From assembly GCF_013122565.1 (NCBI RefSeq), contig NZ_CP053258.1: a stretch of DNA of 64,000 nucleotides. The stretch is one strand, 5' to 3'. This DNA comes from Escherichia coli. GTDB taxonomy: Bacteria > Pseudomonadota > Gammaproteobacteria > Enterobacterales > Enterobacteriaceae. Under the pieces are notes generated by a model. The model was not told where the DNA came from, ran no database searches, and was given only the letters and a program-made list of their open reading frames with translations. This document shows positions 51,682-64,000 of this stretch, piece by piece (position 1 is the stretch's first letter; every line of letters starts with the position of its first letter). Position numbers and translations under genes: made by a program.

Positions 51682-52998
51682 TCAAATCACCATATTCAGC
51701 AGCAGACAGCCTACCAGACCGCACACCGAGATAATGGTTTCCAGCATCGACCAGGATTTGATGGTCTCGCCGATAGTCAGGTTAAAGTACTCTTTGAACA
51801 GCCAGAAGCCCGGATCGTTCACATGAGAGAAAATCACACTACCGGAACCAACCGCAATAACCATCAGCTCCGGGCTAACACCCGTCGTTGCAATCAGCGG
51901 TGCCGCGATACCACCCGCAGTGATTGCCGCAACGGTTGCGGAACCCAGCGCGATACGCAGTACGGCAGCAATCGACCAGGCCATAAGCAGCGGAGAAATG
52001 TTGGTTTCGTGCATCATGGAAGCAATGTATTTGTCCACGCCGCTGTCTACCAGCACCTGCTTGAACGCACCGCCACCACCGATAATCAACAGCATCATCG
52101 CAATGATTTTGATGGAAGAAACCAGCGTGTCGTTAATCTGATCCATTGAACGACCACGGTTCAGACCAAAGGTGAACATCGCAATCAGCACGGCAATCAG
52201 CGTAGCCATTACCGGGTCACCGAGGAACTCCGCTACCGGCAGGAACGCGTGACCTTTCGGCAGGATCATTTCGGCAATCGCACGCATCGCCATCAGCACA
52301 ACCGGCACCAGAGAGGTCCAGACGCTGACGCCAAAGCTCGGCATCTCTTCTTCGCTGAAGGTTTTCGCGCTGTAGAGACCTTCCGGGATTGGCTTATCGA
52401 TACCTTTCAACACGCGAGCGTAAACCGGACCGGCGAGAATCACGGTCGGGATTGCCAGAATAGTACCGTACAGCAGGGTTTTACCCATATCGGCATTGAA
52501 AATGGTGGCAATCGCAGTCGGGCCCGGATGCGGTGGCAGGAAGCCGTGGGTCACAGACAGTGCAGCCGCCATTGGTACACCAACATACAGCAGTGGAATA
52601 TTCGCGGAAGCCGCGATGGTAAACACCAGCGGCAGCATCAGCACAAAGCCCACTTCATAGAACAGGGCAAAACCAACGGTAAAACCGGTCAGTACCACCG
52701 CCCACTGGATGTGTTTTTTACCAAATTTGGCAATCAGCGTGGTGGCGATACGTTGTGCGCCACCGCAGTCTGCCAGCATTTTGCCCAGCATCGCGCCAAA
52801 ACCCATGATCAGGGCAAGGCTACCGAGCGTCCCGCCGACACCGGCTTTGATGGAGCCAATAACTTTATCCAACGGCATCCCTTGCATTAATCCAACAGCA
52901 AGCGCCACGAGGACGAGAGCGATGAAGCCGTTCATTTTGAAGCGGATCATCATGAGCAACAACAAGATTACACCGATAGCAACAATGACTAATGGCAT
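51682..52998 (-). CDS. gntT: high-affinity gluconate:H+ symporter (GntP family)
   Basis: 438-aa polytopic GntP-family transporter. Confidence 0.93.
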   Translation of the reverse strand: MPLVIVAIGVILLLLMMIRFKMNGFIALVLVALAVGLMQGMPLDKVIGSIKAGVGGTLGSLALIMGFGAMLGKMLADCGGAQRIATTLIAKFGKKHIQWAVVLTGFTVGFALFYEVGFVLMLPLVFTIAASANIPLLYVGVPMAAALSVTHGFLPPHPGPTAIATIFNADMGKTLLYGTILAIPTVILAGPVYARVLKGIDKPIPEGLYSAKTFSEEEMPSFGVSVWTSLVPVVLMAMRAIAEMILPKGHAFLPVAEFLGDPVMATLIAVLIAMFTFGLNRGRSMDQINDTLVSSIKIIAMMLLIIGGGGAFKQVLVDSGVDKYIASMMHETNISPLLMAWSIAAVLRIALGSATVAAITAGGIAAPLIATTGVSPELMVIAVGSGSVIFSHVNDPGFWLFKEYFNLTIGETIKSWSMLETIISVCGLVGCLLLNMVI

Positions 52999-53154
52999 GA
53001 TTTACCTGGCCTTTCATTTGTTATGGGTAACGTCAATTTTCTGACGACAAACTCTAATTATCCCAATCGGGAACAGAGATATTGCGGCACCACGACTGAT
53101 ACCCACTAAAACTAATTATTGTAGTCAGATGTCAGGAGTATGTTTGGTACCCAT

Positions 53155-53176
53155 GTGAATGATACGGGTAACATCT
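53155..53176 (-). promoter_or_regulatory. GntR operator in the gntT promoter
   Basis: Minus-strand reading agatgttacccgtatcattca matches the GntR operator half-site type ATGTTACC. Confidence 0.65.
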
Positions 53177-53302
53177 GGCGTTTGAGAATCACCAGAGCGG
53201 GGTAAATTTAAATTATGAGAGGTTGGTCATATTATCGCGGAGAAACGAAGGGAGGGATTTGCCAAAGCAATGCTGCGCCAACGTCTGGCACATGTTCAAC
53301 GT

Positions 53303-53358
<56 letters not shown>

Positions 53359-53934
53359 TTAGTAGTAGGAGTGTTCGCCGCGCTGGTGTTCGGTGAGATC
53401 GCGCACACCTTTCAGCTCCGGGAATTCGTTCAGCAGCTGCTTCTCGATCCCTTCTTTCAGCGTCACATCGACCATGGAACAACCGTTACAGCCGCCGCCA
53501 AATTGCAGAATGGCGTAACCGTCTTCGGTGATTTCCATCAGCGACACGCGACCACCGTGACCAGCCAGTTGCGGGTTGATCTGCGACTGCAACATATACT
53601 CAACGCGCTCCATCAGCGGCGCATCGTCTGCCACTTTACGCATTTTGGCGTTCGGGGCTTTCAACGTTAACTGGGAACCCAACTGGTCGGTAACAAAATC
53701 GATCTCTGCATCTTCCAGGTAAGGAGCGCTTAACTCATCAACATACGCGGTCAGCAGGTCAAATTTCAGGGCGGTGTCGGTGGCTTCCACAGCGTCCGGC
53801 GGACAATAAGAAACGCCACATTCAGCGTTAGGCGTGCCAGGGTTAATCACAAATACGCGGATTTGTGTCCCTTCTTCCTGATTTGCCAGCAGTTTGGCAA
53901 AGTGCGCTTGTGCAGCATCTGAAATACGGATCAT
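53359..53934 (-). CDS. nfuA: Fe/S cluster carrier protein NfuA
   Basis: 191 aa; degenerate A-type N-domain plus Nfu C-domain with CxxC (GGGCNGCSM). Confidence 0.93.
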
Positions 53935-53992
53935 AGTAATGGCCTAATAGTTGACTATTTTAGTTGGTTATAATACGCCCATCATCGAGGCT

Positions 53993-55484
<1,492 letters not shown>

Positions 55485-55510
55485 GCACTTTTGAATGGCG
55501 AGACAGAACT

Positions 55511-56387
55511 TTACTGGCTCGCCGCAGCCAATTCTTCCTCTGACAGCCCGGTAAATCGCAGAACGTCCTCAAGAGGGACTCCGGCATCCAGCATGGTTTT
55601 GGCAATAGCACGTATACCTTTCTGAAACCCCTCCTGCCGCAATCTTTCCGCAATAGTCATTAAACTCTCCTTGTGTTTCGGTGATCGTTCGGCCACACCG
55701 TCGATAAAATCGTTAAAACGTACCGCATCGCCAGTCTGTAGTATGTAATTAAACAGCCCTTTGATTTGTCTGTCATTAGCGTATCCACTACTTAATAAGC
55801 AGGCCATTTGCTCTACCAGCCCCAGCAGGTCGCGTTGACGAATATATTTTTGAATTAACTCCAGCAGCGCCATGCGTCGGTGCTGCATGATTTCATCATC
55901 AGGCATGACGGTGACATCAATCAGCGGAAATGCAGAGGCATAAAGCTGCCTTGCCAGTTTGGGATCGGCAAAACAATCCAGCCAACACAGCGAATAGGGA
56001 TAGGGGCTTTCAATACCGTGATAAAACAACAATGGCACTACCATCGGCAACGTTTTGTGTCCGGCATCCAGGTGGTTTTGCATTGCGGCAATGGCGTAGC
56101 GCATCATGCGAAATGCGATCAATTTGTTTGAGGTGCTTTGATGTTCAATCAGGCAATAGATATATCCTGGCCCTTGTTCCGTTTTCACCGACCACAGCAC
56201 GTCGGAATAACTTTCACGCAGATCGTCATCGATAAAGCTGCTCGACTCCAGCTTGAGGGTTTTCATATCACAGCGCGCGAATGGGTGCCGGTAAATGAAA
56301 CGCAAGAAAATCGCGAGCCGTCTCCGGTTGGCGTAAAAAGAGTTTGAACAGCGCATCGTGTGGGGTGGAACTCTGCTTTTTGCTCAT
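55511..56387 (-). pseudogene. rpnA: Rpn-family recombination-promoting nuclease (RpnA/YhgA-like) with an apparent frameshift near the 5' end
   Basis: ATG at 56387 with an aagga Shine-Dalgarno opens [39 protein letters not shown] and hits TGA at 56268-56270; the rest of the protein ([16 protein letters not shown]...) continues in another frame (ORF 55511..56356). Confidence 0.6.
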
Positions 56388-56589
56388 GGCGTTCCTTCAC
56401 CTGTTGTTTGAATGCCGCGACTTTACGCGCCACTCTGCGCCTGTGCATTAGCGAGTTTTCATCCCTGCGAGACGCTTTCAGAGGAACTTACGTCGCGCTG
56501 CAAGAATTGCATTTTTATGGAAAGCCGCACGCAAAAAAGCCCGGATGCAAACGCATACCGGGCTTTTCAAAACAGGCGATGGAGTATGG

Positions 56590-56826
56590 TTAACGCAGCG
56601 CCCACCACTCGCGCAGACAGGCTTTGCCTTCCGGGCAGCTTTTACAACTGCCAGAGAGGCAGCCGTCAGGTTCTTCCTGAATCCGCACGGCTTTGCCCAT
56701 GCTTTCCAGCTGTTGCAGCATGGCGTTAATCATTGGCTGCGGCGTGTTCAATGTCTGGCTTATCTGGGCCGCTTCCATACGGCCCCGTAACGCCAGCAAA
56801 TCACGTACCTGAATAAGTGAAGCCAT
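56590..56826 (-). CDS. feoC: ferrous iron transport protein FeoC (winged-helix with Cys cluster)
   Basis: 78 aa from [15 protein letters not shown]; C-terminal Cys cluster [15 protein letters not shown]. Confidence 0.9.
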   Translation of the reverse strand: MASLIQVRDLLALRGRMEAAQISQTLNTPQPMINAMLQQLESMGKAVRIQEEPDGCLSGSCKSCPEGKACLREWWALR

Positions 56827-59147
56827 TAATGGCAATCACCGGTGGTGCTGGCTGCGCAGCAACTACTTACCGACTTGCGGGTTGCCAGCAGTTCGATATC
56901 CACCCGGCTACGCGCGCGGCGCAGCAGACCGATAACCACGATGTTAAACAGGATAACCGTCAGAATGCACACCAGGCTGTAAGTTGGGTGCTGACTGTAG
57001 CTGGCGACTTGATAGAACAATGTTGCCAGCGAGTAAGCGATATTCAGCCCCCACAGGATGGAGAAGCCCATCCAGCCACGGCTTGATTCACGGGCGATGG
57101 CTCCCATCACCGAGATACACGGTACATACAGCAGGACGAAAATCAGGTAGCTGTATGCGGCAGCTGCGCTACCGAATTTCTGATCCATCACGCCCATCGC
57201 CCCGGTACCCATTTCGCCGTCGCCTTTGCTGGCTTCAATCGGGTTCATCAGTACGCTAAGGCTGAAGGTGTCTTTCAGGCTCTGCCAGGTTTCATCTACC
57301 GCACTGAACAGCTCTTCACCGAGGTTAAACTCTGCCGGATTGAACTCTTCGTCCTGAATATTTTCTGCGGTGTAGAGGGTGTTGAGCGTACCCACCACCA
57401 CTTCTTTCGCCATTGCGCCCGTAAACAGGCCAACCGTTGCCTGCCAGTTATCTTCATGCACGCCAATCGGCTTGAAGACTGGGGTGATCACCCGGCTGAC
57501 GGAAGCCAGCGCCGAGTCGTTGATGTTATCGACGATTTTCCCGCTCAACGAGAAGCTGTTGAAAGCGCTCAGGAAAATGCTGACGATGATAATCACTTTA
57601 CCAGCACGCAGAACGAAGCCTTTCAGACGCTGCCAGGTCTGGATAATCAGGCTTTTAACGTGTGGTACATGGTAGACCGGCAGCTCCATGACAAACGGCG
57701 TCGCTTCACCGCGCATGATGGTGTACTTGAGCATCAGGCCAGTCAGCACCGCCATCACAATACCGAGCATATACAGCGAGAAGACCGCCAGCGCGCCGTT
57801 CTGCCCGAAGAAGGCAGCCGCAAAGACCGCGAAGATAGCCAGACGCGCGCCGCAGGACATAAACGGTGCCATCATAATGGTCATCAGACGTTCACGCGGT
57901 GCATCAAGCGTACGTGCGCCCATTACCGACGGTACGTTACAACCGAAACCAACGATCAGCGGCACAAAGGATTTCCCCGGCAAGCCCAGCGCCTGCATCA
58001 GGCGGTCCATCACAAACGCTGCACGCGCCATATAGCCGGAGTCCTCAAGGAAGGAGAGGAACAGGTACATCATGCCGATCTGCGGCACCAGTGGCAGCAC
58101 GGTGTTAATACCGCCACCCAGGCCCTGGGCGAGGAAGATAGTCAGCCAGTCCGGGAAGTGGAGCGTGTAGCCAATCCATTGAATACCATGCACAAATAGC
58201 GCCACGGAGCCGACGTCAAACAGCGGCTGTAACGCCCCGCCGATGTTGATAGCCAGCAGGAACATCAGGTACATCACAAAGAGGAAAATCGGCAGACCGA
58301 GGAAACGGTTGAGCACGATTTTATCTACCGCAGTGGTGAAACGGCTGGGTTCTGCCGTCAGGGTGTTGCTTACCACATCACAGATGGCCGCAATGCACTG
58401 GTAACGCGCATCGGCAATGTGCAGCGCCGGATCATCCATTTCATTACGCAGACGGGCGAGGGCGGCATCCAGATGCTGCGACGCTTCACCGGCGTATGCG
58501 CGGCTGTAGATATCGCCTTCCAGCATTTGCAGGCCCAGCCAGCGACGTTGTTTCAGCGGGATGTCGGAAGGCATCACTTTTGCCAGTGAATCTGCTTCGT
58601 TGAGCAGCGGCTGTGCGTAATGCACCAGTTCCACATTCTCGTTAGCTTTATAGCGATCAATCGCCAGCTTGAGCGCTTCAATACCGCGACCACGGGTTGA
58701 AACCAGCGGGATCACTGGGCAGCCAAGACGCGCCGACAGAGCATCAATTTCAATACGAATATTTTGCTTCTCGGCAATGTCGAGCATGTTCAGCGCCACG
58801 ATGCAGGGAATGCCGAGTTCCAGCAGTTGTAGCGTCAGGTACAGGTTACGCTCAAGGTTAGACGCATCCACCACGTTAATCAGCAGGTCGGCGTCGCCAC
58901 TCAAAATGTAGTGACAGGCGATTTGCTCATCGAGCGAGGTCTGCGATGAGATGGTGGTCAGAGAATAGGTGCCGGGCAGGTCCACCAGCGTGACCTGATG
59001 ATCGGTGGTGGAGAATTGCCCTTCTTTACGTTCGACGGTAACGCCAGCCCAGTTACCTACACGCTGACGTGCGCCAGTGAGCTGGTTAAATAAGGTTGTC
59101 TTGCCAGAATTTGGATTACCAATTAAGCCTATGGTTAATTTTTTCAT
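56826..59147 (-). CDS. feoB: ferrous iron transporter FeoB
   Basis: 773 aa from [18 protein letters not shown] (G-protein domain) plus polytopic membrane domain. Confidence 0.95.
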   Translation of the reverse strand: MKKLTIGLIGNPNSGKTTLFNQLTGARQRVGNWAGVTVERKEGQFSTTDHQVTLVDLPGTYSLTTISSQTSLDEQIACHYILSGDADLLINVVDASNLERNLYLTLQLLELGIPCIVALNMLDIAEKQNIRIEIDALSARLGCPVIPLVSTRGRGIEALKLAIDRYKANENVELVHYAQPLLNEADSLAKVMPSDIPLKQRRWLGLQMLEGDIYSRAYAGEASQHLDAALARLRNEMDDPALHIADARYQCIAAICDVVSNTLTAEPSRFTTAVDKIVLNRFLGLPIFLFVMYLMFLLAINIGGALQPLFDVGSVALFVHGIQWIGYTLHFPDWLTIFLAQGLGGGINTVLPLVPQIGMMYLFLSFLEDSGYMARAAFVMDRLMQALGLPGKSFVPLIVGFGCNVPSVMGARTLDAPRERLMTIMMAPFMSCGARLAIFAVFAAAFFGQNGALAVFSLYMLGIVMAVLTGLMLKYTIMRGEATPFVMELPVYHVPHVKSLIIQTWQRLKGFVLRAGKVIIIVSIFLSAFNSFSLSGKIVDNINDSALASVSRVITPVFKPIGVHEDNWQATVGLFTGAMAKEVVVGTLNTLYTAENIQDEEFNPAEFNLGEELFSAVDETWQSLKDTFSLSVLMNPIEASKGDGEMGTGAMGVMDQKFGSAAAAYSYLIFVLLYVPCISVMGAIARESSRGWMGFSILWGLNIAYSLATLFYQVASYSQHPTYSLVCILTVILFNIVVIGLLRRARSRVDIELLATRKSVSSCCAASTTGDCH

Positions 59148-59163
59148 TGTTGTTATCACCGTA

Positions 59164-59391
59164 TTAACAGGAAACCGCTTCCACTTCTAATAAGGCCAGA
59201 TCTTTTTTGCGTAATACCAGGCTCACACGACGGGTTTCGATATGAATGGGGTCGCCGAGTGGAGCGACGCGCACCACATTAAAAGAGGAGCCAGGTAACA
59301 TGCCAAGAGAAAGCAGTTTTTGGCGATATGCCGGGCTGATTTCACGGGAAAAGCCAGTGATTTTCCACGCAGTATCTGGAGTGTATTGCAT
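59164..59391 (-). CDS. feoA: ferrous iron transport protein FeoA
   Basis: 75 aa; SH3-like FeoA. Confidence 0.92.
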   Translation of the reverse strand: MQYTPDTAWKITGFSREISPAYRQKLLSLGMLPGSSFNVVRVAPLGDPIHIETRRVSLVLRKKDLALLEVEAVSC

Positions 59392-59501
59392 AGGTGCCTA
59401 CTTGTTTCTCATTAACTGGATAACTACCTCATGGGGCGTTTGACAGCGACATGAGACCAGATGATTTGCCAACGAAGGAGAGATTAAATAATCAACAGTA
59501 C

Positions 59502-59520
59502 AATGATAATGAGAATGGTT
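59502..59520 (-). promoter_or_regulatory. putative Fur box in the feoABC promoter region
   Basis: aatgataatgagaatggtt contains GATAAT-type hexamer repeats about 110 nt upstream of feoA. Confidence 0.5.
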
Positions 59521-59727
59521 TCTATCAGCAATACTTAAAATGTGTGCGAATGTTGGTTTGAATAATAATCTGACTCAATGTTGATGTGGCTCAAGGTTAT
59601 ATCGCAGCGAAAATATAATTCGAATAGCGAATTACCAGGACTGGTTAATGTTTAATTAAGGTTTCATTTGTTAATGAAGTGATAAGTATTAACGGAATAT
59701 ATTATGAGTTTGGTTGTGGAATAAAAA

Positions 59728-59748
59728 TGCCGGAGATATTCTCCGGCA
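59728..59748 (-). terminator. hairpin terminator after yhgF
   Basis: tgccggagatattctccggca perfect inverted repeat flanked by A/T runs. Confidence 0.6.
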
Positions 59749-59773
59749 CTTTTATGTCAGACAAGGCGTTCGT

Positions 59774-59808
59774 TGCCAGATGCGGCGTGAACGCCTTATC
59801 TGCCCTAC
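59774..59808. repeat. REP element
   Basis: gccagatgcggcgtgaacgccttatctgccctac; same REP type as at 35101. Confidence 0.65.
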
Positions 59809-59847
59809 GATTTCGTGCAAATTCGAACCGTAGGCCAGTACGGGCGT

Positions 59848-62169
59848 TTAACGTTTTTTGCCCATTGCCGCCGCCAGCGCATCCATCATCGCGCTATTAC
59901 CGGCAGGCTGTGCTTCACGACCGCGTGGTTTGGCTGCCGGGCGGTTGTTCTGCGGACGTTCATTACCGCCGCCGCGACGAGCGTTGGTTTCGCCAGGCTG
60001 CTCGTCCAGACGCATGGTCAGGGCGATACGTTTACGCTGAAGATCCACTTCCAGCACTTTCACCTTCACAATGTCGCCCGCTTTCACCACGGTATGCGGA
60101 TCTTCCACAAACTTGTTCGACAATGAAGAGATGTGAACGAGGCCGTCCTGATGCACGCCGATATCGACAAACGCGCCAAAGTTGGTGACGTTGGTCACCG
60201 CACCTTCGAGGATCATACCCGGTTGCAGGTCGTTCATTGTCTCGACGCCATCGGCAAACTGAGCGGTTTTAAATTCCGGACGCGGATCGCGACCCGGTTT
60301 TTCCAGCTCTTTGATGATGTCAGTTACCGTCGGTACACCGAATTTTTCATCAGTAAAGTCAGACGCTTTCAGGTTACGCAGCTCGCTGCTGTTACCCATC
60401 AGATCTTTCAATGCCTGCTGCGTCGCCGCCAGAATGCGTTCCACCACCGGATAGGCTTCCGGGTGGACGGTAGAAGCATCCAGCGGGTTATCGCCGTGGT
60501 TAATCCGCAGGAAGCCCGCGCACTGCTCGAAGGCTTTCGGCCCCAGACGGCTCACTTTCAGCAGTTGCTGACGGTTCTGGAACTGACCGTTCTCATCGCG
60601 CCAGGCCACGATGTTTTGCGCCATCATGCGCGTCAGGCCCGCCACGCGGGTTAACAGCGGAACAGAAGCGGTGTTGAGATCGACGCCAACGGCGTTTACG
60701 CAGTCTTCTACTACTGCGTCCAGTTTGCGGGCCAGTTGCGTCTGGCTGACGTCATGCTGATACTGACCTACGCCGATAGATTTCGGATCGATTTTCACCA
60801 GCTCCGCCAGAGGATCCTGCAAACGGCGGGCGATAGACACCGCGCCTCGCAGCGAAACGTCGAGATCCGGGAACTCCTGTGCTGCCAGCTCGGAAGCCGA
60901 GTAAACCGACGCGCCAGCTTCGCTGACGATCACTTTCTGTGCGGTCACTTTCGGGAACTGCTTCTGAACGTCGAGATAGAAACGCTCAGTTTCGCGGGAA
61001 GCTGTACCGTTGCCGATTGCCACCAGTTCAACGTTATGTTTTTCACACAGCGCAGCAACGGTCATCGCTGCTTTTGCGGCTTGTCCGGTGTGCGGGTAAA
61101 TGGTATCGGTCGCCACCAGTTTGCCAGTTGCATCGACCACCGCCACTTTTACCCCGGTACGCAGACCCGGATCTAGGCCCATCGTTGCACGCAGTCCGGC
61201 TGGGGCCGCCATCAGCAGATCGTGCAGGTTACGGGCAAAGACGTTGATTGCTTCATCTTCCGCGCGTTCGCGCACGGTGCCCATCAGTTCGGTTTCCAGA
61301 TGCATCAGCACCTTGATGCGCCACGTCCAGCTCACCACGCCTTTGCGCCAGCTATCCGCCGGGGCATTGTTCAGGCGCAGGCCGAGATGATCCATGATGA
61401 TTTGCTCGCAATAGCTCTCTTTTGGCGGCTCGTCGAACTGCGGATCGGCATTCAGCGAAAGCTGGAGTACGCCTTCGTTACGACCACGGAACATCGCCAG
61501 CGCGCGGTGAGAAGGCACCGTTGACAGCGGTTCGTGATGATCGAAATAGTCACGGAATTTCGCCCCTTCCTCTTCTTTACCGCTCACCACCGTCGAAACC
61601 AGATGCGCGTTCTTCCACAGATAATCACGCACTTTTGCCAGCAGCGCGGCATCTTCGGCAAACCGTTCCATCAGGATATAGCGCGCGCCGTCCAGCGCGG
61701 CTTTGGTATCTGCCACGCCTTTATCGGCTTCAATATATTGCGCAGCGGCGACTTCTGGCGTGTGTGACGGATCGCTCCACAGCAGGTCAGCCAACGGCTC
61801 AAGCCCTGCTTCAATGGCGATTTGCCCGCGGGTGCGGCGTTTAGGTTTGTAGGGCAGGTAGAGGTCTTCGAGTTCGGTTTTGCTTAGGGTGGCGTTGATG
61901 GCCTTCGCCAGATCATCGGTGAGTTTGCCTTGCTCGGAAATGGATTTGAGGATCGCCTGACGTCTCTCTTCCAGCTCGCGCAGATAGCTCAGACGCGTTT
62001 CCAGATTACGCAGCTGCGTGTCATCCAGACCGCCGGTGATTTCCTTACGATAACGTGCGATAAACGGCACGGTATTCCCTTCGTCAAGCAGGCGAACGGC
62101 AGCGTCAACCTGTTCCGGGCGCGCCTGAATTTCACCCGCAATAATGCGGCAGAACGAATCATTCATCAT
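59848..62169 (-). CDS. yhgF: Tex-like transcription accessory protein with C-terminal S1 domain
   Basis: 773 aa; Tex/Spt6-like YqgF and HhH domains, C-terminal S1 RNA-binding domain, basic tail. Confidence 0.92.
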   Translation of the reverse strand: MMNDSFCRIIAGEIQARPEQVDAAVRLLDEGNTVPFIARYRKEITGGLDDTQLRNLETRLSYLRELEERRQAILKSISEQGKLTDDLAKAINATLSKTELEDLYLPYKPKRRTRGQIAIEAGLEPLADLLWSDPSHTPEVAAAQYIEADKGVADTKAALDGARYILMERFAEDAALLAKVRDYLWKNAHLVSTVVSGKEEEGAKFRDYFDHHEPLSTVPSHRALAMFRGRNEGVLQLSLNADPQFDEPPKESYCEQIIMDHLGLRLNNAPADSWRKGVVSWTWRIKVLMHLETELMGTVRERAEDEAINVFARNLHDLLMAAPAGLRATMGLDPGLRTGVKVAVVDATGKLVATDTIYPHTGQAAKAAMTVAALCEKHNVELVAIGNGTASRETERFYLDVQKQFPKVTAQKVIVSEAGASVYSASELAAQEFPDLDVSLRGAVSIARRLQDPLAELVKIDPKSIGVGQYQHDVSQTQLARKLDAVVEDCVNAVGVDLNTASVPLLTRVAGLTRMMAQNIVAWRDENGQFQNRQQLLKVSRLGPKAFEQCAGFLRINHGDNPLDASTVHPEAYPVVERILAATQQALKDLMGNSSELRNLKASDFTDEKFGVPTVTDIIKELEKPGRDPRPEFKTAQFADGVETMNDLQPGMILEGAVTNVTNFGAFVDIGVHQDGLVHISSLSNKFVEDPHTVVKAGDIVKVKVLEVDLQRKRIALTMRLDEQPGETNARRGGGNERPQNNRPAAKPRGREAQPAGNSAMMDALAAAMGKKR

Positions 62170-62265
62170 GGTTTGAGTTCATCTTTTCGGATCAAAAATC
62201 AGGGGATAGTTATACGGACTGGCTGGCAAAAATGCCAGCCATCGGCAGGAGGTTAAGACTCTTCC

Positions 62266-62742
62266 TTACGGTTTCACGTACTCGATAGCATTCACATACC
62301 AGCTCGCTTCCCCGGCAGGGGTATTCACCACCGCCAAATCGCCCACCTCTTTTTTCAACAATGCGCGAGCCATCGGGGAATCGATAGAGATGTAATCTTT
62401 ACGGCCAAAAATTTCATCGTAGCCGACAATACGGAAACGGTGAGTCACGCCGTCGTCGTTTTCAATCTCCACCCACGCACCAAAAAAGACTTTGCCTTCC
62501 TGCTGCGGGGAGTAATCGACGATTTTGAGATTTTCCATGCATTTAGTGAGATAGCGCACGCGACGGTCGATTTCACGCAGACGCTTTTTATTATACTGAT
62601 AGTCAGCATTTTCGCTGCGGTCGCCCAGACTTGCGGCCCAGGTCACCTTTTTTGTGACCTCCGGGCGTTCTTCACGCCAGAGATAATTAAGCTCTTGTTT
62701 GAGTTTTTCATACCCTTCCCGGGTAACCAGGGGCGTTTTCAT
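62266..62742 (-). CDS. greB: transcription elongation factor GreB
   Basis: 158 aa from MKTPLVTREGYEKL; Gre family. Confidence 0.93.
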   Translation of the reverse strand: MKTPLVTREGYEKLKQELNYLWREERPEVTKKVTWAASLGDRSENADYQYNKKRLREIDRRVRYLTKCMENLKIVDYSPQQEGKVFFGAWVEIENDDGVTHRFRIVGYDEIFGRKDYISIDSPMARALLKKEVGDLAVVNTPAGEASWYVNAIEYVKP

Positions 62743-62969
62743 CTCGTTGATTCCCTTTGTCTGTTTGATAATGCGCACATTGGGTATAACGTGATCATAT
62801 CAACAGAATCAATAATGTTTCGCCGAATAAATTGTATACTTAAGCTGCTGTTTAATATGCTTTGTAACAATTTAGGCTGAAATTCATACCAGATTTAGCT
62901 GGTGACGAACGTGAGCTTTTTTAAGAATACACGCTTACAAATTGTTGCGAACCTTTGGGAGTACAAACA

Positions 62970-63689
62970 ATGCAAGAGAACTACAAGATTCTGGTGGTCG
63001 ATGACGACATGCGCCTGCGCGCGCTGCTGGAGCGTTATCTCACCGAACAAGGCTTCCAGGTTCGAAGCGTCGCTAATGCAGAACAGATGGATCGCCTGCT
63101 GACTCGCGAATCTTTCCATCTTATGGTACTGGATTTGATGTTACCTGGTGAAGATGGCTTGTCGATTTGCCGACGTCTTCGTAGCCAGAGCAACCCGATG
63201 CCGATCATTATGGTGACGGCGAAAGGGGAAGAAGTGGACCGTATCGTGGGCCTGGAGATTGGCGCTGACGACTACATTCCAAAACCGTTTAACCCGCGTG
63301 AACTGCTGGCCCGCATTCGTGCTGTGCTGCGTCGTCAGGCGAACGAACTGCCGGGCGCGCCGTCACAGGAAGAGGCGGTAATTGCTTTCGGTAAGTTCAA
63401 ACTTAACCTCGGGACGCGCGAAATGTTCCGCGAAGATGAGCCGATGCCGCTCACCAGCGGTGAGTTTGCGGTATTGAAGGCACTGGTCAGCCATCCACGT
63501 GAGCCGCTCTCCCGCGATAAGCTGATGAACCTTGCCCGTGGCCGTGAATATTCCGCAATGGAACGCTCCATCGACGTGCAGATTTCACGTCTGCGTCGCA
63601 TGGTGGAAGAAGATCCAGCACATCCGCGTTACATTCAGACCGTTTGGGGTCTGGGCTACGTCTTTGTACCGGACGGCTCTAAAGCATGA
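62970..63689 (+). CDS. ompR: osmolarity two-component response regulator OmpR
   Basis: 239 aa from MQENYKILVVDDDMRL; receiver domain plus winged-helix. Confidence 0.95.
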   Translation: MQENYKILVVDDDMRLRALLERYLTEQGFQVRSVANAEQMDRLLTRESFHLMVLDLMLPGEDGLSICRRLRSQSNPMPIIMVTAKGEEVDRIVGLEIGADDYIPKPFNPRELLARIRAVLRRQANELPGAPSQEEAVIAFGKFKLNLGTREMFREDEPMPLTSGEFAVLKALVSHPREPLSRDKLMNLARGREYSAMERSIDVQISRLRRMVEEDPAHPRYIQTVWGLGYVFVPDGSKA

Positions 63690-64000
63690 GGCGATTGCGC
63701 TTCTCGCCACGAAGTTCATTTGCCCGTACGTTATTGCTCATCGTCACCTTGCTGTTCGCCAGCCTGGTGACGACTTATCTGGTGGTACTGAACTTCGCGA
63801 TTTTGCCGAGCCTCCAGCAGTTTAATAAAGTCCTCGCGTACGAAGTGCGTATGTTGATGACCGACAAACTGCAACTGGAGGACGGCACGCAGTTGGTTGT
63901 ACCTCCCGCTTTCCGTCGGGAGATCTACCGTGAGCTGGGGATCTCTCTCTACTCCAACGAAGCTGCCGAAGAGGCAGGTCTGCGTTGGGCACAACACTAT
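63686..64000 (+). CDS. envZ: osmolarity sensor histidine kinase EnvZ, 3'-truncated by the window edge
   Basis: ATG at 63686 overlaps the ompR stop; N-terminus MRRLRFSPRSSFARTLLLIVTLLFASL; reading frame open to the window end. Confidence 0.9.
   Translation, partial: MRRLRFSPRSSFARTLLLIVTLLFASLVTTYLVVLNFAILPSLQQFNKVLAYEVRMLMTDKLQLEDGTQLVVPPAFRREIYRELGISLYSNEAAEEAGLRWAQHY

Noticed and set aside
57456-58199. 247-aa plus-strand ORF
   Set aside because: Antisense within feoB; shadow ORF.
60133-61844. Several 100-170 aa plus-strand ORFs
   Set aside because: All antisense within yhgF; no start signals; shadow ORFs.

Overview
This window reads as an Escherichia coli-type chromosomal backbone (ugpBAECQ, ggt, yhhYXW, gntRKU, yhgN, asd, glgBXCAP, glpD/glpEGR, rtcR/rtcBA, malT/malPQ, gntT, nfuA, gntX, bioH, feoABC, yhgF, greB, ompR, envZ) with three accessory insertions. 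All gene identities are by recognition of the translated ORFs; no database search was run. (1) Between gntU and yhgN sits a translationally coupled two-gene module: a RecQ-family helicase fused to a C-terminal ComF/GntX-like phosphoribosyltransferase-like domain, followed by a DprA/Smf-like (SLOG) protein. This is the strongest candidate for an undescribed system, plausibly DNA-processing or anti-phage. (2) Between glgP and glpD is a ~7 kb island: three PstS-like binding-domain paralogs (one membrane-embedded, one secreted, one truncated lipoprotein), a very AT-rich block of small exported proteins, a coupled 235-aa protein plus two tandem paralogs, and a small membrane protein split by an in-frame stop. 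(3) Between rtcA and malT is a GNAT-toxin/DUF1778-antitoxin type II module. Also present: the sRNA RyhB with a Fur box (not in the ORF track), a consensus sigma-54 promoter for rtcBA, GntR operators, MalT boxes, several REP/BIME elements, and an apparent 2-bp frameshift in rpnA (yhgA). From memory, the K-12 yhhZ-yrhA-IS1-yrhB segment between ggt and yhhY is absent here.
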